Virus record (IMG/VR): IMGVR_UViG_3300028591_000086
Coordinates: 64,001-128,000 of that record
Direction: 5' to 3' (one strand)
From: a virus
Lineage: Duplodnaviria; Caudoviricetes
Length of the DNA stretch: 64,000 bases
The notes beneath the pieces were generated by a model. It ran no database searches and was not told where the DNA came from. It worked only from the letters and a program-made list of their open reading frames with translations. Shown here piece by piece: positions 56,988 through 64,000 of this stretch. The number at the start of each line of letters is the position of its first letter. Position 1 is the stretch's first letter. A program made the position numbers and the translations under genes.

Positions 56988-58097
56988 TTAAATCGACAAT
57001 ATTTCAGCAATTTGTTCATCTGTTATCGATCTATGCAATACTTCATTAGCGTATTTAATAGTTATTTCATTGAAACTTAATCCATCGTATTCCTTAATAC
57101 GCTGTTTTCGTTCCTCTGAAAGTTTTTTATCTTCTTCAGATTTAGATTTATCAATAGTTTTAGCTTCTTTATATATCGATACATTATTGAATTGTGTACA
57201 AGCTGCTACCAAATTAGAAGCTTGATTATCAGTAATAGTATCAGATTTAAAAATCTTGATTCGTAATGCCGTACATTTAGAAGATTCATCATGCAATTGT
57301 TTTATTAAGTTTTCTAAATTATCAGTATCAAATTTGTTGAATGATAAAGTTTTATATGTAAATGCATCGGTGTTTACTATAAATTCGTCTTTAATAATTT
57401 TCTTAGTCTCAGTATCATATTCATGATATCTAAAACCTTTATCTTCTTCTTCACCATGTCTCCAACGTTGAAATGAACCGCAGTATTGAACTTTATTTTC
57501 TTCCATAGGCATGTGAATATGACCACCAACAAATTTACCTATTATAATATTATCAAATTCTTTAGAATTAAATGATATTTTATGAATCTTTATATTGTTT
57601 TGCAAAGCATAAGAACCCGCAAAAGTAAATAATCCGTGGAAAAATCCCCAATCATATCTTTCAGTAGTCTTAAGATATTTATCATATACTGATTTATCTG
57701 GATAATATTCTTCAGGTATAACCAGATAATGGAAATCTTTACCATAATAATCATCACACACGGTATTATATATCTTAAAGTTTTCATTACATCTAGATGA
57801 AAGAATCTCTAATTGATCTAAATCGTGTGATCTAGTTCCCTTAACAATAATTATACGAGCATTTGGAAATTCTGAAACCAATCTATCGATGAAACCAATA
57901 GCCATCTTTGCCTCTGTGGAATTCAATGACAACTTCAAATGAAACAAATCTCCACAGATTGCAATTATATTTACGTCAGGATTATTCTTTTTTAACCATC
58001 CAATAAAATTCTTTTCTAAATTTTCAAAAGTTCTTATTGTGTGGGCTGATGATACTCCAAAATGTATATCAGCTATTTCTGCTATTTTAATTTTCAT
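56988..58097 (-). CDS. sbcD: SbcD/Mre11-family metallophosphoesterase nuclease
   Basis: IADIHFG, ICGDLFH, KGTRSHD, FHG, GHIH, YCGSF. Confidence 0.88.
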   Translation of the reverse strand: MKIKIAEIADIHFGVSSAHTIRTFENLEKNFIGWLKKNNPDVNIIAICGDLFHLKLSLNSTEAKMAIGFIDRLVSEFPNARIIIVKGTRSHDLDQLEILSSRCNENFKIYNTVCDDYYGKDFHYLVIPEEYYPDKSVYDKYLKTTERYDWGFFHGLFTFAGSYALQNNIKIHKISFNSKEFDNIIIGKFVGGHIHMPMEENKVQYCGSFQRWRHGEEEDKGFRYHEYDTETKKIIKDEFIVNTDAFTYKTLSFNKFDTDNLENLIKQLHDESSKCTALRIKIFKSDTITDNQASNLVAACTQFNNVSIYKEAKTIDKSKSEEDKKLSEERKQRIKEYDGLSFNEITIKYANEVLHRSITDEQIAEILSI

Positions 58098-58158
58098 AAA
58101 TTCCTCAAAAAATTATAACACAATATTACGTTAACAAAAAAATATATAAATAAAAAAT

Positions 58159-58183
58159 AAACACACCACGACGTGGTGTGTTT
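58159..58183 (-). terminator. Intrinsic terminator
   Basis: AAACACACCAC-GAC-GTGGTGTGTTT. Confidence 0.8.
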
Positions 58184-58189
58184 AAAAAA

Positions 58190-58432
58190 TCAATATTTAA
58201 GAAGGAATGAAAAATGTTCGCATTTTTTGATATCATATATGCTAGTGGCATCTATATTTATAAGATTATTAACTTTGTGCTTAGTGATTTTCTTTTGTTT
58301 ATAACGTTTTCGCATTTTAAGAATATTATTAGCTTCAAATCTCCCAAAATTTTCACCAAGTAAAATAGGACTTTCATTTTTCTCAAACACTATTTTGGTT
58401 ACTTTACCAAATCTATTGTATTTAATTTTCAT
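58190..58432 (-). CDS. Small basic hypothetical protein (early)
   Basis: SD AGGAG; early motif TATATATTCT at 58466-58475. Confidence 0.55.
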   Translation of the reverse strand: MKIKYNRFGKVTKIVFEKNESPILLGENFGRFEANNILKMRKRYKQKKITKHKVNNLINIDATSIYDIKKCEHFSFLLKY

Positions 58433-58480
58433 GTTTAGTCTCCTTATATGATTTAATCTAGTAATAGAATATATAAAATA

Positions 58481-58511
58481 AATAACTCCTGGATAAAATC
58501 CAGGAGTTATT
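58481..58511 (-). terminator. Intrinsic terminator
   Basis: AATAACTCCTGGAT-AAA-ATCCAGGAGTTATT. Confidence 0.85.
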
Positions 58512-58516
58512 AAATA

Positions 58517-60562
58517 TTAAACTGGGGTTTCTCTTCCTAAATTATCTTTAGGAATAATTTTCTTATTATCCATGAACTCTTCACCTTCACCAATCTGTTG
58601 CTTAGGAGAATACTTCCAAGCATTACGATATTCTTCTGGAAGATCAGGAATAGTAAGTTGAGGTTCACCTGTTGGATTATCAGGAGTACGATACTCTGGT
58701 TTTAATTTTCCATCATCACCATATTTATAGAAATTATATATTTCTTTATTTGAACAAATTGATTTATTGTTATCTTTATCAGATACTCTGAAACGAACTT
58801 CATTTACAATATCATTAAAATAATCAAAATGATTATGTTCAAGCTCTTCTACCATATCCCAATATCGTCTAGCCCAAACAGAACGTAATTTGGTTATATA
58901 ACAGATATGTTCAGTTCGTTTAAATTCGTGGAACTCGGAATAACAACCACCGATACAATATGCACAAGCTCCTTCGTATTCACATTCCATACAATACTGT
59001 GATGAAATCTTTTCACGAGTAGCTTCTTTTACTCTGCGGAAATTATCTTTCCAAATAAATCCTTTATCTGCTGTACCTACGCAGAATTCATCAGCATCAG
59101 TAGTCATGGCTTCCATAGTATGTGGTAACCATCTGAAACAAGGATAAATTTTTCCATTTAAACCGATAGAAGGCATAGCACCAGAACCACACCATCCTTT
59201 CTTAATAGAAGATTTAAATTCTTCAACATTATCACTGCGTCTATTTAAACCTTGAGTATCAAACATTGACCAGTACATTTCATGTCGGTGTTCAAATAGA
59301 TACTTAGAACATTTACGATACATTTCATTTAAAAGAACATAATCGTCTTCTTCGCATCCAGTATCTTCCATGATAAAGTTTTGATTAATGTATGTTATTC
59401 CTAATCCTTTCGGATAAGGTTCATGCATAAATTTTAATGATTTATATAACCAAGGAATTGAATTTTTCGAACAAGTAGATTTGGTTTGTTTAACTGCTTC
59501 TGGACTCCTTTCAGCTAACCATGGCCACCATTTCATAATAGTAGACATAGTTCCGAGTTCTTCACCGTTCTTTCCATGCATAGTGAAAATTCGATTAGCA
59601 TCATGGATTTCAGGACATCCATCAATAGATACACCAATATTAAAATTATCACCATATTTTTTAATAATCTCTTGTACTCTAGGATCACCAAACAAAGTAC
59701 CGTTAGAACTGATATTGGCTCTCCATTTATTTTTATACGGATGATCCAATATATTAGCTTTATAGATAAAATAAGACAATGTTTTATCTATAAGATCCGG
59801 TTGCATAAATGAGTCCCCACCAATGAAGTCAATAATAATTCCAGTTTTAGTGATCCAATCATCTTCTGTTCCAGCTGCTCCAATAGGATCAGCATCTTCC
59901 AAAATTCTATCAATGAATTTATAAATTGTGTTTTCATTAATACGAACAGCACGTTTATTCAATTCATAACAGTTATGAACTAATACATCATTTGCGATAA
60001 ATGTTCTTGTACTAGTAGTCATATTATAGAATTCTAATTCAGGACCATTGTCGATAAATTCAATATCTGGGATATAAGCCACAAATTCAGATTCCCAATG
60101 ATAATCTTCCACAGTTTGTTCATTTTGGAGTCTAACAAAAGTATAATATTTCTTACCAAATTCGCCTTTCTTAAAAATATCATATACTTCTGCTGTAGAC
60201 AAGAACGAAAATTGCTTTTCTTCATTATTGAAAATCAACCACGGATGCTCAGCTGAAAGATAAAGATCACGTTTCTTTTCATGGTAATACGATGTTAAGC
60301 TTCTTGTTTTGGTTATATCATAAATTTTACCATCCATTGGCTCACACATTGTATTACCTGTTATTATGAACGCACTTATTTTATCATTCACTGTTAAATC
60401 TTCAATGTTCTTATACTCAGATACTAACTTTCCATCTACTTCAGATATCTTAGTTGTGATTTTAGTACCTTTAGCTATGTCGTATTTACAGCGAAGATTA
60501 CAATCAAAGGTCGTGCAAATCGTTACATTCATACCATCAAATTGTTTACTAGGACGTATCAT
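58517..60562 (-). CDS. Radical SAM/SPASM peptide maturase (CXXX-repeat target family-like), intein-containing
   Basis: CNLRCKY|intein|CY reconstitutes CX3CX2C; DFIGG; SSNGTL; SIDG..EIHDANR; SPASM CGSG, IYPCFR, CxxCxxxxxCxxCxGxC. Confidence 0.88.
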   Translation of the reverse strand: MIRPSKQFDGMNVTICTTFDCNLRCKYDIAKGTKITTKISEVDGKLVSEYKNIEDLTVNDKISAFIITGNTMCEPMDGKIYDITKTRSLTSYYHEKKRDLYLSAEHPWLIFNNEEKQFSFLSTAEVYDIFKKGEFGKKYYTFVRLQNEQTVEDYHWESEFVAYIPDIEFIDNGPELEFYNMTTSTRTFIANDVLVHNCYELNKRAVRINENTIYKFIDRILEDADPIGAAGTEDDWITKTGIIIDFIGGDSFMQPDLIDKTLSYFIYKANILDHPYKNKWRANISSNGTLFGDPRVQEIIKKYGDNFNIGVSIDGCPEIHDANRIFTMHGKNGEELGTMSTIMKWWPWLAERSPEAVKQTKSTCSKNSIPWLYKSLKFMHEPYPKGLGITYINQNFIMEDTGCEEDDYVLLNEMYRKCSKYLFEHRHEMYWSMFDTQGLNRRSDNVEEFKSSIKKGWCGSGAMPSIGLNGKIYPCFRWLPHTMEAMTTDADEFCVGTADKGFIWKDNFRRVKEATREKISSQYCMECEYEGACAYCIGGCYSEFHEFKRTEHICYITKLRSVWARRYWDMVEELEHNHFDYFNDIVNEVRFRVSDKDNNKSICSNKEIYNFYKYGDDGKLKPEYRTPDNPTGEPQLTIPDLPEEYRNAWKYSPKQQIGEGEEFMDNKKIIPKDNLGRETPV
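59972..60481 (-). mobile_element. 170-aa mini-intein without endonuclease, with an atypical Asp at position 1
   Basis: Block A D-IAKGTKI; block B SAEHPW; blocks F/G FYNMTT...FIANDVLVHN followed by Cys+1. Confidence 0.85.
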
Positions 60563-60586
60563 ATATTCTCCTTAAAATAATTTTTA

Positions 60587-60598
60587 CATTTAAAAGTC
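60587..60598 (-). promoter_or_regulatory. Late-type promoter variant GACT-N6-TG
   Basis: GACTTTTAAATG 25 nt upstream of the rSAM start. Confidence 0.4.
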
Positions 60599-60614
60599 TT
60601 TATAGTAATAAAAA

Positions 60615-60638
60615 AGAAAAACCCCGAAGGGTTTTTCT
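60615..60638 (-). terminator. Intrinsic terminator
   Basis: AGAAAAACCC-CGAA-GGGTTTTTCT, giving a UUCG loop on the minus strand. Confidence 0.85.
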
Positions 60639-60643
60639 AAATC

Positions 60644-62155
60644 CTAGATATCATAAGGCGTTATTCCTTCTCCTTTCATATCTACATATTTATCATTCTT
60701 ATTAATATCATACGGAGTAATACCAGTATTATAATATCTAGGTGCATAGTATAATGATTGAGGATGTCCTGGGTTAATGATACCAAAACACCAATAAGAC
60801 GGATTCATAGGATTATCTTTTCTAAATAATATATTCCAATTAGGATATTTATTATTACAATAATCTATATATTTCTTACAATCATCTTCTTTCCAGAATA
60901 ATACTCCATTAGATAAACCGCATCGGTGTTTTCTTTCATAAAGATCATCCATATATTCTTTTTCTTCGAGAGTAAATTCTTTAGAATTATGATGAAGTTT
61001 ATTATAAGGAAATATCATTTTACCATTATTCCAGAATTGAGGACCTTTCACTTCTACATAATTACCATTAATAATGAAATCAGGTATATAATGACGTACA
61101 TTATTATACATGTCTTTATATTCAAACATATTAGTATTTCTAATAATAGGAATATTATTATCTATACAATATATCCATACAGCTAATTCCCATGAAGAAT
61201 CAAAATATATACCATAATAATTATAATAAAACGATGGATGTAATGTACCGTATTTATTAATTATATCATTTTTCCATTGATCTGAACCTAAATAACTAGA
61301 TCTACCATATTTATTCAAACACGTACTTTTTATCTTTTCCCTAACTTCATAAGTTGAAATGAATGATAATCGACCGTATTTATCCATCATATATTCTTTA
61401 AATTCTGGTGTACCATATTCCATCCAATTACTTTTTCCATATTTTTCAAGATTATTTTGTTTTCTATTTTGCGTAGATTTTTCTTGAACTTCTGGAATCT
61501 GCATGACATTTGAAACACCATATTTTTCAATAATCTTTTCACGCATTTTATCTTTTATCTTATCATTTTGCAAAGCATGTTCAACGCCATATCTCTTTTT
61601 CAAAGTTTCAACAGTTTCATCATAAATCTTTTTACTTTGCAATGCGTATTCTACACCATATTTTTCTTTTGTGGTTTTTCTAGCTTTAGCATTAACCTCA
61701 GGATCTTTAAGCGAACATTTAGAACCGAATTTTTCAAGATTAGTAGATTCTATTTTATCTCTAATTTTTTTATTAGCCATACCGAATCCACCATGTTTTT
61801 CTAAAACCCTATCCAATGCATATCTTTGTTTTTCTTTATTTTCGTACGTATGTGCATAACCATATCGTTCAATATTTAAACAATCTTGACACAGTAAGGT
61901 TTTATGGTTTTCAATATTAGCAGTTCTAAAAGATCTCGTTTGTGTTTTACCACAGGATTTACACTTAAACGTGTATACCATAAGATTAGTGAATACTCTT
62001 TTTTCTCTGATGAATTTTACCTTATCAGGATGATATCTGTCAAAAATACGAGTTATATAAACCGAGTCAAACATATCAGGGTCATCAACTATATAATTTT
62101 CATTATCATCTTTAGGTATATCTATATCATCATATGAATTATAAATTCGTTTCAT
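60644..62155 (-). mobile_element. Free-standing PD-(D/E)xK homing-type endonuclease with Zn ribbon and KYG repeats (paralog of 49615..51168)
   Basis: CKSC...CQDC; about 8 K[YF]G repeats; FDSSWE...YIPDF...VEVKG; early motif at 62179-62187. Confidence 0.78.
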
Positions 62156-62237
62156 AATTTCATACTCCTATATTATGTATAATATATTATTGAAATTTAC
62201 AACCTAGATTACAATCGTGAAAAACAATAAAAAAGAA

Positions 62238-62262
62238 AAAAGCTCCTTTTTAAGGAGCTTTT
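62238..62262 (-). terminator. Intrinsic terminator
   Basis: AAAAGCTCCTT-TTT-AAGGAGCTTTT. Confidence 0.8.
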
Positions 62263-62278
62263 CTTATGTTACTTTATT

Positions 62279-63049
62279 TTAAACACCTAAACGCGATGTA
62301 TCGATTTCTTGTAACAATTTGTGTATTTCTGTTACATCTATTATAAAATTAAAATATATATTTCCGCTTCCGCCAAAATCATCTCCAGCTATATCGACAC
62401 TGACGTCTGATATTATCGGATATTTTTTCTTAAGCAGATTCAATTGTTTTAAAGATTCATTATATGCTTTATCATAAATTCCTCCCCAACCATCATTACC
62501 ATTATTCCACCAAGAATCTTCACTATCTGGAAGTTTATCTAGATCCACGCCTGTATAAAATAATGCAGTTACTCCGCTCTCAAGTTTCATCTTACCGGTC
62601 TTATTCTTAGCATATTTAACAATTTCTTTTAAAAATGATCGAGTTATTTTTTCAGGCTTAAGATAATCATCCAAATCATCAGCTACAGAAAAATCATAAG
62701 CATCATTAAGCTTATTGATGCTATCACAAATGTTTTTTGCATCTTTTTTAATATTTGGAATGTGTTTAATGATGGTATTATTTAAGCTATCTGTTAATAA
62801 TTTTGTAATTTTTTCAACAACTACACGATTTTTCTTACAAAACACATTATATTTGCGATTATCTATCGCTGTTTCTATTCCAAGCGCAACACTTAATATT
62901 GCAAATGCTACAAATGGAAACAATACAAGACCAGTTAATATACCACCAATTATTCCTTCACTACTTTTTACTTCAGGTTTATTATTTATATTATCAGGTA
63001 CAGTAATACTAATAGGACTAGTACCTTCTTGACTTATAGTTATTTTCAT
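62279..63049 (-). CDS. Putative internal head protein with cleavable propeptide (paralog of 47234..48046)
   Basis: MKITISQEGTSPISITVPDN...KSSEG followed by a hydrophobic helix. Confidence 0.55.
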   Translation of the reverse strand: MKITISQEGTSPISITVPDNINNKPEVKSSEGIIGGILTGLVLFPFVAFAILSVALGIETAIDNRKYNVFCKKNRVVVEKITKLLTDSLNNTIIKHIPNIKKDAKNICDSINKLNDAYDFSVADDLDDYLKPEKITRSFLKEIVKYAKNKTGKMKLESGVTALFYTGVDLDKLPDSEDSWWNNGNDGWGGIYDKAYNESLKQLNLLKKKYPIISDVSVDIAGDDFGGSGNIYFNFIIDVTEIHKLLQEIDTSRLGV

Positions 63050-63117
63050 AATTAATTTACCTCATATAAAAAAGTTATACATTATAAAGTTATGATATTA
63101 TAATGAGAGGTAAAAAT

Positions 63118-63516
63118 ATGAAATTATTACTTATACTTTTTATGATGATCTCTATACATTATTTATTCAGTATATTTTCACTGAATGCAATCGATAAATA
63201 TAAAAATAAAGAGTATTTCGAAAAAACATTCCCTAAAAAAATGTGTAAATACGATTACATTAATTATCTTATAACTGATAGTTATTTGTGGTCTATGTCT
63301 ATTTTATTACCGATAATAATAAATATAAACGGTTATATAACATGGGCTTCATTCATGGGAATAATAGTGAACGGAATAATTCGAGGAATAATAGAAGATC
63401 TAAGAATAAACAAAAAAATAATTAATGCATTTTCAGCAAATATTTGTTATATATTCCAAATATTTGTTACTGAAAGTATCTACGTTTTATTTTACAGAAA
63501 TATTTTATTTAATTAA
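63118..63516 (+). CDS. Multi-pass membrane protein, DUF3307-like
   Basis: Start MKLLL after SD GAGG; several hydrophobic helices; IIEDLRINKKIIN...FQI resembles DUF3307. Confidence 0.45.
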   Translation: MKLLLILFMMISIHYLFSIFSLNAIDKYKNKEYFEKTFPKKMCKYDYINYLITDSYLWSMSILLPIIININGYITWASFMGIIVNGIIRGIIEDLRINKKIINAFSANICYIFQIFVTESIYVLFYRNILFN

Positions 63517-63521
63517 TAAAA

Positions 63522-63549
63522 ATATAGCTGGCTCGTAAGCCAGCTATAT
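63522..63549. terminator. Intrinsic terminator
   Basis: ATATAGCTGGCT-CGTA-AGCCAGCTATAT. Confidence 0.8.
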
Positions 63550-63892
63550 AAATTAAAGGAGATAAATCGAAAAAGATTATTTGTAAAATACCCCGTCTAT
63601 CTTTTTCGACAAACGTACATCTTATCATATAACCGCCAGGAGAATAAATGTGTGAACAAAAAATGAAAATGTTTAATAACAAACCCTATTACAACAAATG
63701 ACATTTTATTTCACGATTTATGATATCTTAATTTGACGTACGTTAGCAACAAAAAACAATTTAATTTCAAAATCATTTTAATAAAAATGATTAAGAAAGA
63801 TCAAAACAAAAGTAAAACATTTTAAATAAGGAGAAGTTTTATGTTTCAATTTCATCTATATGTTATATATCTCTTTTATTTTTTATAAAAAA

Positions 63893-63918
63893 ATGAGGAG
63901 GCCCGTAAGCCTCCTCAT
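63893..63918 (-). terminator. Intrinsic terminator
   Basis: ATGAGGAGGC-CCGTAA-GCCTCCTCAT flanked by A runs. Confidence 0.8.
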
Positions 63919-64000
63919 AAAACACAAAAAAAGGTCTTTTATACGAATGCAAAAGCACATAAAGCACTCGTATTATATGACTAAAAAAATAAGGGAGGAA

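Noticed and set aside
58097-60650. Cys-repeat (CxxxCxxxC) precursor peptide beside the radical SAM gene
   Set aside because: The flanking small ORFs and intergenic DNA show no Cys-repeat peptide, so the substrate was not identified in this window.
1-64000. Stop-codon reassignment (alternative genetic code)
   Set aside because: Standard-code ORFs tile the window densely, and conserved genes are uninterrupted and end in TAA, TAG or TGA next to terminators.

Overview
This very AT-rich window is part of a jumbo-phage genome of the phiKZ/AR9(PBS1)-related type. The evidence is two split multisubunit RNA polymerase subunits (beta' N-half with a Zn finger and NGDFDGD, and a beta N-half), a split family-B DNA polymerase half, an SbcD/Mre11 nuclease, GyrB, a gp25-like baseplate protein, and three 2,500-2,800 aa beta-propeller virion proteins. 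Phage-type promoter motifs are visible: minus-strand TATATATT(A/C/G)T early-like sites and AR9-like (A/G)AC(A/T)-N6-T(A/G) late sites, plus many intrinsic terminators. The most notable observations are: (1) a non-coding 36-38-nt-period dual-repeat array at 46992-47148, with two conserved 9-nt boxes alternating with 9-10-nt variable segments, its own promoter and terminator, a TIGR-like architecture and no recognisable Tas gene nearby; (2) a radical SAM/SPASM maturase resembling the CXXX-repeat family, split inside its CX3CX2C motif by a 170-aa mini-intein that starts with Asp, plus two dispersed WW-motif accessory paralogs; (3) a tandem GITP[FY]D C-terminal module shared by two free-standing PD-(D/E)xK endonucleases and an unrelated small protein; (4) a Met/Gly-rich prion-like protein directly upstream of the beta' gene; (5) a roughly 355-nt structured non-coding RNA candidate at 31523-31880. 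All family assignments come from motif recognition by eye; no database searches were run.
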